From Nymphaea colorata (lineage: Eukaryota), in contig NC_045138.2 in assembly GCF_008831285.2 (NCBI RefSeq), forward strand, positions 43,524,001 to 43,588,000: DNA of 64,000 bases, read 5' to 3'. The notes beneath the pieces were generated by a model. The model was not told the DNA's origin. It was given only the letters and a program-made list of their open reading frames with translations, and ran no database searches. Shown piece after piece: positions 52,125-64,000 of this stretch (the first letter of the stretch is position 1; the number at the start of each line of letters is the position of its first letter). Made by a program: the position numbers and the translations under genes.

Positions 52125-54237
52125 AATCCACAAAATGACCGGCTAGCTCATGAGGTTGGTTCGCTTTGCGAATGCACCCATACCTCCAATTGCCTCCATA
52201 CGAGGGCTACAGATATAGTTAATATTATTACCTAGCCGTCATAACATTACAGGTACAACTACCATTCAATTTCATTCATTTGCATTCATAACCACGACAA
52301 TACATGTGCAACATATCACAACATTCACATTAGTCACACACATCAATCACATCTTTCAAAACTTAGCCAAACCACAAAGAGTAGTCTCGATCCATGATTG
52401 GCTCGCAGCTGTCCTAGGCAATTATCATTCTAGGATGCTTTTTAATGCGCAATTGGGGTCAAGGAGATACTTGACTCGATACCCCACCTCATCTGTCTTA
52501 AGCAGTTATCATTGCTAGCATGCAAATGCAAGTGCGTAGTAATTTTAAAAATAAAACTAATCGCATAAGCATTCAATTCTCGTGCATATATTCATTCAAT
52601 TACATCACAATCATTCAATCACATCACAATCATAGGATCCAATGATCCTAAAAACACACATTCAAAAGTTGGCCCCATACAGGGATTTGTCTGGAATGCT
52701 GCCATACCTGTCGCGCATCGCCAAAATAACCAAAATACCTGGACCTTCAATTCCTGCCACTCAAGGTCTACTCAACGTACCCGGTGTACCTACAAACATA
52801 ATCAGACAATAAGATTTCTATTTGTTTTGCTTTATAATCTCTACAAGTATGAAATATAATAATTGAGGCATAGGTCATCGCCTCAAAAGGGTGTCGACGG
52901 GTAGTATCGACCCACAATGCCCTCCAATAGGTCTCTTCCCGTGACCAAACAATTTAAGCTCTATGCTTTTGATTGCACCAATGAATAATACGTTTCTCCC
53001 TTGCTTTTCAAGCCGAGGCGTCAACCCTGCAATTAAGCCTACCAACTTATGTATTCTTTTGCACATTGACAATAATGTGCGCCACGTGTTCATAATGACG
53101 GTCCTACATCTTTTCAACTACATCAAATCTCTACCATGTTTCCTAATCGCTTAAAAAATTAATCATGCTAGAAAGATAATTATATACGGAGGTTTTCGTC
53201 CTTCTCAAAATAGTCCTAGACTTTTCCCAAAATAGCAATGCCACTAACATGCATTCTAAATCTTCTAATATTAAGTCTATCATGCTCAATCAATAATTAT
53301 ACATGTGCTAATATAGAATACTAAACAATTTAGACTCGATTAAGCCTCACTCACCCCACTTAGAGTTCAAATTGCTGCAATGCTCTCGGCAGCCATCTCA
53401 AATATTTCATTGACCACCAAACATCTAAAATCACAAAATGTTGTTGCCACCAACACCTTCACTTCATTGGTATGAGAGGAATGATGTGTTACCAAGCTGC
53501 AAACCGACCAAATAGCAATAAATAGGGTGAAGTTTAACGAAGGATAGATCCAAAGAGGGGTCCACTGTAAAAGGAAGGCATTCCACTGTGAGAATGAGGT
53601 TCGGCTAAGGGGGATGGTTTGGTTGGAGGAGGTAGGGGACAACAAGAGAGGGAGGTTAAAAATGAGAGAGAGAACAAGAGAGATGTGAGTGGGAGGAGGC
53701 TGGCGGTAAAGAGGGGTGCGAGCAGTGAGATGGGAGAGTAGAAAAGAGAAAGAGCGTGCGAGAGAGAAGGTGTTGACAGAGAGGGGAGACAGGTAGAGAG
53801 AGTTTGGATAGAGGGGAGAGACAGGCAGAGAGGGGAAATCGAGCAGGAAATGGGGAGATGGAGAGAAGGAGACAGAAGAGACGGGGAGAGAGCTCGAGCA
53901 GAGAGAGAGAATGCAGAGAAAAAGAGCATGTAGAGAGAAGGCACAGACAGAGAGGGAGTGGAGACAGAGAGAGAGCGAGAGAGACTGCAGAGAAAGAGAG
54001 CGTGAAGAGAGACGAGAGAGTGGCGGAGGGAGACAATGCAAGAGAGAGGACATGTGAGGAGAGTGGGAGGAAGAGGGGAACTCGACAGGGAGGATCGGGA
54101 TAGAGGGAGAGGCAACAAAAATAGCGAGAGAGGGAGGAGGAGAAGAAAGAAGAAGGAGAAGGAAGAGGTAGAGAGAGAGACCGATGGGCTTACCTATGTG
54201 CTGCCGCTACTACCATCTTCACCTCTATCGCTGCTAC
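52125..54237 (-). mobile_element. Partial LTR of the Tekay/Del-like family
   Basis: Colinear with ~25480-27915 (without the duplication); stops abruptly where the next LTR begins. Confidence 0.9.
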
Positions 54238-57200
54238 TATCACACCCCCACCCTTTTGTTCCTCAAATAACCCCTTTTAAAAAAAAAACATAAAACATTG
54301 AGGTGCGACGACACAACAATTCAAAAAAAAATGAGCAATGCAATTGAAAACAAAGGGGCAAACTTTCTATATATAATCAACTTCATTCATACAAAATTAC
54401 TCTACATTTCTCAATAACACGTGACAAAATGCCCCAAAACCATGACATTGATGCTTAAGAAAAACAAGAGATCAATAAGACCAAAACAAGACGCGCCAGC
54501 ACTACAATTGACCCAAAACCTCTCCGGTATGATGTGAGTTCAAGCATTTGATCAACCTGCTACCCCGGGTCCACCAAAACATGAAAAATAAAACAACAGA
54601 AGACTTAGCCTTCACAGTATGACAACAAGCTAGATAAATCCTTAACCCTGTAATGTGAAAGCTCCAATATGAGATATAACAAATATCAAAGCAAATCACC
54701 ATCATGTCATGATAGGGCATACATTTCCATGACTTGACATGAAAGTCTCTCACATAATCCACAACATGTAAAGGCCACTTGATGGCCACGATAACACTTT
54801 CACAAATCACATGCAACTCATGCACAAACATATCATTCTCATTGACTTCATTCACATTCTTTTCATTTACAATAACTTTAGTAAATTGATAGTTTCTGTG
54901 GGTGCAAACACAGGCACGTGCACACCACGGGTGACCTATAGCTGGGAGGCAACCCCTGTGGTGGCCCGAAATGATATGGATCCATTCATGCTGCAGCGAT
55001 AGAGCACTCATCCATGGATGTGTGAATTCCAATGAGAGATATTCAGCCTTCCCCAAGACATCCAGTTTGGGAAGGCGGGAGTCCAACGCTCCAAGCACAT
55101 CACACAACAATACCCTGGGGCCTTGCACCATCTGCACTCCAAACAAGCAAGACCAATGGTGAAGGCGGGACAACTCCCAAACACATTGCCACTATCCACT
55201 GGCCTCTCATCTCTTATTTTTTCTTCCTTATCATTATGATTGCACATTAACAAATGACTCGCTAGCTCATGAAGTTGGTTCACTTCACGAGTGCTCTCAC
55301 ACCTCTCATTGCCTCCACACGAGGGCTGCACCTATCATTAGCATTCTTAGCTAGTCGTCATAACAATACGGGTACAACTGCCCTTCAATTTCATTCATTT
55401 GTATTATGCCCATGGCGATGCATATGAAACATTACAACATTCACGTCACTCATCACATCAATCATATCTTTCAAAACTTAGCTGAACCATGGAGAGCAAT
55501 GTTGATCTGTGATTGGCTCGTAGCTGTCCTATGCAGTTATCATTCTAGGATGCTTTCTAATGCACAATTGGGGTCGAGGAGATACTCGACTCGATACCTA
55601 CACCTCATCTGTCCTAAGCAGTTACCAATTCTAGCATGCACATGCAATTATGTAGTAATTTTAAATAAAAATTTATCACATAAACATTCAATTCTAAGGT
55701 ACCCATTCATTCAATTACATCACAATCATTCAATCACATCACAATCACATGATCCAACGATCCTGAAAACACACATTCAAAAGTGGGCCCCCAAGCAGGG
55801 ATTTGCCTAGAATGCAGCCATGCCTGTCGCACGTCGCCAAAATTATCTAAAATGCCTCGAGCTTCAAATCTGGTCGCTCAAGGTCCACTTGACATGCTTG
55901 ATGTACCTGCAAACATAATTAAGTGATAAATTCTCTACTCATTCAGTTTTACAATCTATACAAATATAAGATACAATCATTGATGCATAGGTCATCGCCT
56001 CAAGAGGGTGTCGACGGGTAATGTCGGCCCAAAGCCCTCCAATAGGTCTCTTCCCAACTCTTTGAGGTTGTGACCAAATGTCTAAATTCAAAGCTTTGAT
56101 CAATCTATCACTAACACATTTCTCACTTGCATTCCTTAGTTGGGGCGTTTACCCCGCAAATAAGATTCTCAACCTACAACGTATATGCACATCAATAGAA
56201 GTATATTTCTCAAGCTCACTAAAACAGTTTTAAACCTTCTCCACAATATCACAATCTCTACCATGCTTCCGAATCGCTTTGAAAATCAACTCGTCATGCT
56301 AAAGAGATAGACATACACGTGGATTTTCATCCTTCCCAAAATAATCATAATTTTTTTCCAAATAGCAACATGGCTAGCATGCATTCTAAATCATCAAATC
56401 TTAAGTCTAGCATGTTCAATCATTAATCATATGTGTGCTAACGTAAAATATTAAACAATTTAGACTCGATTAGGCCTCACTAACCCTAACTTTAGAGTCC
56501 AAACTGTCGTAGTGTTCCCGACCGCCACCTCAAATGTTTGATTGATCCCCAAACTGCTAAGATTAACTGTTGTTGTCACCTCTCAAGCCTTCAACTCGCT
56601 GGTATGAGGGGAAGTGGAAGAGAGACAACACACGAGGGAAGAGGGAAGATTGATTGAGAGGGTTTGGGCAGAGGGAAGAGCGAGCGGGAGAGAGACTGAG
56701 GAGCATAGACAGAGAGGGAGGTCGAGTAGAGAGAGAGAGCATGGGCAGAGGGAGTGAGAGAGAGTGCAGACAAAAGGCAGAAAAGAGGAGGCAGACAGAG
56801 GGAGCGAGAGAGACTGCAAGGAGGGATGCGAGCAAAGAGACAGGAGCGTGGGCAGTGGGAGAGCGTGTGAGGAGTGTGGAATGAAGAGGGGGACTCGACA
56901 GAAACAAAACGGGACAGATGGAGAGGCAGGCAGAGAGGGCGAGAGAGTGGCAGAAAAAGGGGGATAACACGAGAGAGAGAGAGAGCAAGAGACAGAAGAG
57001 ACAAAGAGAGCTCTAGCAGAGAGAGTGTGGGTGAGGGAGTGAGACAACACAAGAGGGAGAGGGTTGCACAGGAGGGAGGCCGTGCGGCTGAGAGGGGAGA
57101 TGGCAGAACAACGAGAGAGGGAGGAGGAGAAGAAAGAAGAGACACAGAGTTGTCGAGAGGGCTCACCCGAGCGTCGACGTCGCCCCTGCCCTACAACTCC

Positions 57201-57414
57201 ATCGCCACTGTCCTTCTTCTGCTGCCTGCTTCTCTGTGCCGCTAGAACCAACGAGAGACGAGAGAACGAAGAAGGGAGAGGCACTAAGGAAGGCAAGGGA
57301 GAAGAGAAGGAGAGGAAGAGAGCTAGCATTGGGCTCCTCTTCACTGCTGGAGTTCGAGTCTGAGTTTGGACCGCTCCAACCCAACCTGACTTAAAAAAAA
57401 AAAAGAGTGTTACA
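54238..57414 (-). repeat. 3' LTR (3177 bp)
   Basis: tatcacacccc ... gagtgttaca, adjacent to the PPT (minus strand tttaaagagggcagga|TGTAAC). Confidence 0.93.
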
Positions 57415-57462
57415 TCCTGCCCTCTTTAAAATAAATTTTGTCCTCGAAATTTAGATCATACC

Positions 57463-58360
57463 TCAATGTAAGAATAAGTGTGGATACTTCTTTCGCATAT
57501 CCTCCTCGAGTTCCCATGTGCTCTCCATCAACCCATGGTGTTGCCATTCCACTCTTACTAGAGGAATTCTTTTGGTGTGAAGTACTTGCTCTCTTTGATC
57601 CACAATTCTAATAGGTTTTTCTTCCATTGTCAGATCATTTTGCACTAAAATACCCTGAAAATCAATCACATGTGTAGGATCTGACACATACTTTCAAAGC
57701 ATGAAAATATGAAAAACATCATGAGCATGACTCAAAATTAGGTGGTAGTGCCAATCTGTATGTCACATCTCTGATCTTCTCTAATATCTCAAAAGGTCCA
57801 ATGAACCTCGAGCTCAACTTTCCCCTAATACCAAATCGAAAAACGCCTTTAGTATGTGAAATTTTCAAGAACACATGATTACCGACATCAAAAGTCAACT
57901 CTCTATGTCGAATGTCGGCATAACTTTTCTCTCTACTCTGTGCAGTCAACAACCTTTTCCTTATCAAGTGTACTTTGTCAGTGTAATGTTGCAATGCCAA
58001 AGTGTTTTCGATCTTGTCATCACCCAATTCAATTCAACAAGTAGACAATCTACATGGCCTTTCATGCAATGCCTTAAAAGGTACCATCCCGATTATATGT
58101 GAACTCTGTTCACATGTTTATCTCATTCTCCTTTCTAGTCTAAAATACAAACACGTAACATGTCCTCTAAGGTCTGAATGGTGCTCTCAAATTACCCATC
58201 AGTTTAGGGGTGGAACGTTGTGTTCAACTTAAGCTTGGTACCCAATGCCTTTTGTAGTTGCCCCCAAAACATAGAGGTAAAACATAGATCTCGATCCATA
58301 ATAATAGACTTTGGCACTCCATGCAATCTCACTATCTCGTCAATGCATAACTCTGCGGAA
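57463..58360 (-). pseudogene. Integrase C-terminal half and chromodomain (disrupted)
   Basis: [17 protein letters not shown]...[26 protein letters not shown]...GKLSSRFIGPFEIL; PLVRVEWQHHGLMESTWELEEDMRKKYPHLF. Confidence 0.93.
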
Positions 58361-58364
58361 GGCA

Positions 58365-59122
58365 CATAAGAAACACTATCCCACTCATGATTTGAATTGG
58401 GAGCGGTTGTGTTCACATTGAAGATATGGAGACACAATTTCTATGGGGCAATATTTGAAGTGTTCACAAACCACAAGTCATTGAAGTATATATTCTCCGA
58501 AAAGGATCTCAATCTGAGGCAAAGAAGATGGATTGAATACTTAAAAAATTACGATTTCAAAATATCATATCATCCAAGAAAAGTGAATGTAGTGGTTGAT
58601 GCTTATGCAACATGGTAAATCACTCTTGGACATTGTTGCAAGATGAGATATTTTGGCAACCTCACCTATGTGATGAGAACAAAGCAATAATGACTACTTT
58701 GATGCAACATCCTCGGTTAGAAGAGCTTATCTTAAAGCAAAAAAAAAAATCCTGATTTTGCTAAAAATATGGAAGAAAGTAAGAAGGCAGATTCTCTTTG
58801 GTATCAAGATGGAGATGATTCATTGTAGTTTCGACAACGATTGTGGGTTCCTAGAGATGAAGAGGTGAATGGTCAGTTGCTTGATGAAGCACACAAATAT
58901 AAATTCTCCATATATCATGGCAGTACAAAGATGTTTGACAGTGGGTCAAAGCAGAGCATCAATGACCAGGAGGCTTGCTACAGAAAATAGATATCCTAGT
59001 GTGGAAATGGGAGGACATAACGATGGATTTTGTGGTTGGTTTGCCTCCCACCAGAAGACAACATGATGTCATATGGGTGATTGTTGATCGAGTTACAAAG
59101 TCCACTCATTTTCTGCCAATTG
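58365..59122 (+). pseudogene. Inverted pol block: RNase H C-terminus to integrase N-terminus
   Basis: On the + strand: YPTHD.., [12 protein letters not shown]...[30 protein letters not shown]...LLDEAH...YHGSTKM, WKWEDITMDFVVGLP...IWVIVDRVTKSTHFLPI. This is opposite in orientation to the flanking pol pieces. Confidence 0.92.
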
Positions 59123-59214
59123 TTCACCTCAGTTTGTACCTTGGCTAGCAAACGTGAGGTTTAGTGATAAAGTTCCCATACTGCCTTTTCTTTTACAAAC
59201 AAAATATTTTAATA

Positions 59215-60104
59215 AAATGCTTGGCACAGCTCAAACTCGTCAACTTGAGTTTAATCAAGCCGCTCGAGCCGAGTTTGAGTTTTGTCTAAAACAATGTTAT
59301 AAAAGGCGTAGCGTATCATGTATCGGTCGGGCCGACCTATACGCCGTATCGCAAACGTAGCGTAGCGTATCGTAAAATTAATTTTTTAATTTTAAAAAAT
59401 ATTTAAAAATCTGAAAAAATAGAGAAAAAACATTACAAATCTGAAAAAATGAACAAAAAAATAGAAATCAAGAAAAAAGTATTCAAATATAAAAAAGATC
59501 ATCATACATAAGAAACATTCATGTATATCAAATTATCAACAACACATTCAAAAATAAGAAATTAGATATACAAAATAACATAATAAGCATCTATCACAAT
59601 TTTAAACTTGAAAATTTTATAGAATCTTAGGACTTGGAGCCTTAAGACTTGGAGTTTTAGGACTTAGATTACATCACAGTTTAAAACATATCGTTATCAT
59701 CTTTCATGATTCAACGATAATATCTCTCAAATCAATGAATCCTCGGTTATTTTTTATGAAAATGAGCAAAATCTCTCCCTCCTACTTCTCTTGGAGTCTT
59801 TAAATATAAGAAGAGAGAGAGGGAAGAGGTTTAAACTTTCAAAAATAAAAAAAAAATGTGTTTTAACCCGTATTGTACGATACGGGGGTGTATCGCACGT
59901 ATCATGCGATACGGCCCCCGTATCGCATAATACGGATGATACTCGTTCGATACGAATGTGTATCGCTTATCAAACACGTATCGTATAGGTTTCTTCGACC
60001 TATACGCGTCCGTATCGTACGATACGAAAAACATTGGTCTAAAATACTAGAGCCGAGTTTGAGCAGACTCAGCTCGGCTCAAACTTGGCTTGTAAACAGC
60101 CCTA
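59215..60104. mobile_element. Outer hAT-type MITE (GAGCCGAG/CTCGAG-rich), left end lost
   Basis: gagccgagtttgag repeats on both sides of the inner element; right end gtaaacagcccta. Confidence 0.7.
59292..60036. mobile_element. Non-autonomous hAT-type element, 745 bp
   Basis: TIR CAATGTT / AACATTG, perfect 8-bp TSD GTCTAAAA (59284-59291, 60037-60044), dense CGTATC/GATACG subterminal motifs and an AT-rich core. Confidence 0.92.
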
Positions 60105-60494
60105 GGCTTGAAACTAAGGCAGGCAAAAGGAAGGCGGTCTGCACCTAGCTAGCGCGTCATGATAGCAAATAACTGAGATTGTCGAGGGCTGCTAATTACA
60201 TGCAGTAGGGCGGTTGGCCGAGGAGTGGCCTGACGAGCACGCTGGCCGACAAATGCGGCTGGCTATCCAAGGCTCAGGCTGAGGAAAGATGGCAAGCCTG
60301 CATTCGAGAGCGACTGCTTGCCATCGGGGATGCGAAGGCATACTCGATAGTAATCAGCATGCCCAATCTAAGGTCAGCATGGGGTTCAGCCTAGATCTGA
60401 TCCTTGATGGCTAGATCTGGGTGCCGAAGCGTGGGATAGATAGAGAGCACGGGCAGCACCGTGAGAATCTTCCTTGTGGCGAGCATAGAAACCC

Positions 60495-61990
60495 GGGATG
60501 ACCCGATAGAAACGTCAAAATAGGGGCAGTAGTAAGCTTGTCCTTCAAAGTTTGGAAACTCTTCTTGCACTCTTCATTCCAAACAAACCTCACTCTTTTT
60601 CTCAATAGTTTAGTCATGGGCATAACTATTTTTGAAAAGTCATGTATAAACCTGTGATAGTATCCTACCAATCCCAAAAAGTTTATAACCTTAGTTACAT
60701 TGCAAGGCATCCTCCAGTCCTATACAACCGACAACTTAGCATGATCTATGGAAACTCTATCTTTTGAGATCACATGACCAATGAAGTTTACCTTTTCTAG
60801 CCAAAATTCACATTTTGAATATTTGGCATATAACTTATGTTTGTGCAAAATACCCAATACACTTCTTAAGTGATCTCTGTGCTCTGCTTCACTATTTGAG
60901 TACACTAGAATAACATCCACAAAAACAATAACAAACCAATCCAAGTAGTCTTGAAAACCCCGATTCATGAGGTCCACAAATGCTGTTGGAGCATTGGTCA
61001 ACCCAAAAGGCATGACCCTAAATTCATAGTGTCCAAATCTAGTTCGAAAGACAGTCTTTGCAACATCTTTTTCCCATATGAAAAGTTGATGATAACTTGT
61101 CCTCAGATCGATCTTGGAGAATACATTTGCATGCTTGAGCTGATTAAACAAGTCTTGAATTCTAGGAAGTGGATACTTATTCTTGATGGTGACTTGATTT
61201 AACATACAGTAATCTATACACAAACGCATCATTCCATCTTTCTTCTTAACAAACAATACAGGTGCTCCCCAAGGTGACACGCTGGGACGAATGAAGTCCT
61301 TATCTAAGAGCTCCTGTAATTGCTTCTTCAATTGTTCTAACTCAGCTGGTATGGTGTGGTGCCTTAGAAATAGGAGTTATCCCTGGTAACAACTCTATCT
61401 TGAATTCCACTTCCCGTGTCGGAAGCAAACTCGATAGCCCTTTGGGAAACACATCGGGGTACTCACTCACAATGGCAACATCCTCCAACTTCACTGGCTC
61501 GGACACACTAGTCAACACGTTGACCAAAAATGCAACGCTCCCATTTTCTAACAATCGTTTAGCCTTTAGTGCATACACCAGTATCTTATCAGTTTGACTG
61601 GCTTTTCGTGCTTGGAATTCCATTGGTTTCATCTCATTAGTCAACAATTGTATCTGATTTTTTCTACAAGCTATGTTGGCATAATGCGTGTATAGCCAAT
61701 CCATGCTCAAAATGACATCAAACCCAATAAGACTTATGACCACCAACTGTGCAGGTAAGTGGTGTTGATGGATCTCCACATCTACATCAGGTAGATACTG
61801 GCTACACTAATCTTGTGCATGCATAGGGCTGACCACTTTTAAAACATACGGCATCATTGTAGCCGACACTTTTAGTGAAGTGGCAAATCAACTAGATATA
61901 AAAGAATGAGTCGTCTCTACATCAAACAACACTCTAGTAATGTGAAAACCAACAAGTAAAGTACCTTCGATGAGATTGTGTGCTCGAAGC
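60495..61990 (-). pseudogene. Protease and reverse transcriptase (disrupted)
   Basis: RVLFDVETTHSFIS (protease), [64 protein letters not shown] (FIDD motif mutated), FLGLVGYYHRFI, LTTAPIL. Confidence 0.95.
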
Positions 61991-62079
61991 TCCTCCACGA
62001 TAGTTGCATAGACACATCCAATCGGTCTTTTGAGCACTAGAAGGACTGGCCTCGGGTCTTCAACTCTTTTCCGTGCATC

Positions 62080-63200
62080 ATGGGGTAATCTTTGATGAAG
62101 TGTCTCATCCTTCCATAGTGTAAACACGCTCCGGTCTCCCGATAACACGCTTCCTAGAGTGCACACGTGAGTAAGTATGACACCTCAGTAGGGTCGGAGT
62201 AGTCACTGCCCCCTATGTGGTGTCAATGTGGTTTGGCCTGTTCTGCCTGAATGCTCAGTCATCATGCCTCTCATATTGCCTGCCTGCAAAATGTTGGTGT
62301 TTGACCTGAGCCTGCCCATCGTGGGAGTGTTGGTCTAACTTCTTGTGATGGTCCTTCTGAGTTCTAGCCCAATCCTCTTCCATGCGTCTAGCCATGGTGA
62401 CCGTCTCATCCAAAATGCGAGGTTTGCTGGACATAACTTTGTTTTGCAGCCCATCGCGCAAACTATGTACAAACTTGTCTGCTCTTGCGTCATCAATGGT
62501 ATAGAGGTGTGGGTAATACACCTCTAAGTGCTCATACTTTATAACATACTCTTCCAAGCTCAAATGATTTTGTTACAATTTAAGAAACTCTTGCATCTTT
62601 TGGTTTTTGGCATGCACTGGGAAGTAAGTGCTGAAAAATGAATCTTTGAACTACTTCCATGAGATTGACTATTGGCCTGCGAACCGAATCTCACGTGTCA
62701 ATTGCCACCACCATTTAACATCTCCTTTTAGCAAATACGAGCCATAGTTTACTTTGTCTCCTTCTGGCATCTTGAGAAGCTCAAAAATGTGCTCTACATC
62801 TTCAAACCATTCCTCTACCGTGTATGGATTGTCATCTCTAGTAAAGACAAGTGGCTGCATTGACATAAATTACTTGAATGACACCGAAGTCACCTTCTCC
62901 TTAAGTGGTGCAGTGGTGTCCCTAGTAGGAGATGCATGGCTCCTCTTATTACTGACCATCGACTATACTAGGGAGGTCAGAGTCTACAAGGTTATCGACA
63001 GTATAGTATACTGATCCATAGGTGGAGTCTGCCTTGGTGGGGTTTGGGCACCCACACTAGTCTGAGCGAATGGTTGCCCTGATGTACTATCATCAAGTGG
63101 GATATGCACATCTGAGTGGGCCGAACTTGGCTCTCTTTGTGCCTCTATAGCTGGCCCACGTTGCTTCTTACCCCTACATTGGTACTCCATCTGTACAAGC
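62080..63200 (-). pseudogene. gag remnant with degenerate Zn knuckle
   Basis: EEWFEDVEHIF...YLLKGDVKWWW, SLEEYVIKYEHL...KFVHSLRDGL, CLHYGRMRHFIKDYP (~62080-62125). Confidence 0.88.
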
Positions 63201-63413
63201 AAGAACCGTCATTCTTATTACAAGGTCTGAGACAACTTTTATAAGTTCCATTTGCAAAGATGTATCACAATCATCAAGACATCAATCCATCACATACGTA
63301 TATATCATAGTAAAATTAAAACTTCAATAAAAGCTAACTCAAATAGCACGTACCTGGGTAACACGACTTCATAGATAGGCTTTAACTCACATCCATAGTG
63401 GGGTTTTGTCATA

Positions 63414-63425
63414 GCTCTGATACCA
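63414..63425 (-). other. Primer-binding site (tRNA-Met)
   Basis: gctctgatacca = reverse complement of TGGTATCAGAGC, 4 nt from the LTR end. Confidence 0.93.
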
Positions 63426-63429
63426 AATC

Positions 63430-64000
63430 TGTCACACCCCAACACTTTGACCTTCAAATAACTTTTTTTTGTTAAAACATAAAACGTTGAGATACGATGA
63501 CACCATGATTCAAAAGGAAAGGAGCTATGCAAATTAAAGACAATGGGAGAAACTTTTCATTATATCATAAATTTTGTTCATATAAAATTACTTCACATTT
63601 TTCAAGAACACATATGACAAAAATGCCCCAAAACCATGACATTGATGTCAAACAAAATAAGACATCAAATAGACTTAAACATGATGCGTCGGCACTACAA
63701 TAGACCCAAAACCTCCCCATTAGGATGTGAGTAGGGCCACCTCGTCAACCTGTTGTCCCAGGTCCATCAGAACCTGAAAAAAGAAGAACAACTGAAGACT
63801 TAGCCTTTACAGGCACCCTAGATAATTCCCTAACCCTCTTAGGTAAGGGCTCAAATCTAAGATAAACAATTACAAAATTAAATCACTATCATGTCATGAA
63901 TGACTTGTCAAGAAGATCCCTCACATATACTATGACATGTAAAGACAACTCCATGGCTACAATAGCACATTCAAAAGTCACATGCAATTCATACATAAAC
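63430..64000 (-). repeat. 5' LTR (3' portion; continues beyond the window)
   Basis: tgtcacacccc start on the + strand, colinear with 54238-54830 and 24487-25080. Confidence 0.93.

Larger units (their letters stand above)
54238..64000 (-). mobile_element. Ty3/gypsy chromovirus (Tekay/Del-like) LTR retrotransposon, decayed and rearranged; 5' LTR runs out of the window
   Basis: 3' LTR 54238-57414; PPT 57415-57430; chromodomain, integrase, RH, RT, protease, Zn knuckle and gag remnants; PBS 63414-63425; 5' LTR from 63430. Confidence 0.95.

Noticed and set aside
54502..55173. 223-aa ORF with similar peptides at 48512-48841, 44440-44835 and 25205-25489
   Set aside because: The recurrence reflects LTR copy similarity. 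Frames and stops differ between copies and no domain is recognisable, so it is not called as a gene; a codon-level conservation test across many LTRs would settle it.
1..64000. tRNA, rRNA or organellar insertions
   Set aside because: None recognised; the only tRNA-related sequences are the two PBS motifs.

Overview
AT-rich, gene-poor plant nuclear DNA made mostly of nested, decayed transposable elements. (1) A degenerate Ty1/copia element at 1-~3.2 kb. (2) A Ty3/gypsy chromovirus (Tekay/Del-like) element on the minus strand at 54238-64000+, with gag, protease, RT, RNase H, integrase and chromodomain remnants, a tRNA-Met PBS, a PPT and a ~750-bp internal inversion of pol. Four more copies of its ~3-kb LTR are present; three are solo LTRs with perfect 5-bp TSDs. 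(3) An older Ogre/Tat-type family, seen as about five long LTR-like segments and two RNase H + archaeal-type RNase H remnants. (4) A TRIM, several hAT and PIF/Harbinger-type MITEs (three with clear 8-bp TSDs), L1 LINE fragments and microsatellites. The only credible host gene is a two-exon gene for a ~78-81 aa protein of unrecognised family at 21497-22519 (+), behind a GC-rich promoter with two ABRE/G-box cores. I see no RNA genes, no CRISPR array and no demonstrably new multi-gene system. The best leads are the small gene, the splice-site architecture conserved in the gypsy LTR, the pol inversion and the repeated RH+aRH-only remnants. All family assignments come from motif recognition by eye, not database searches.
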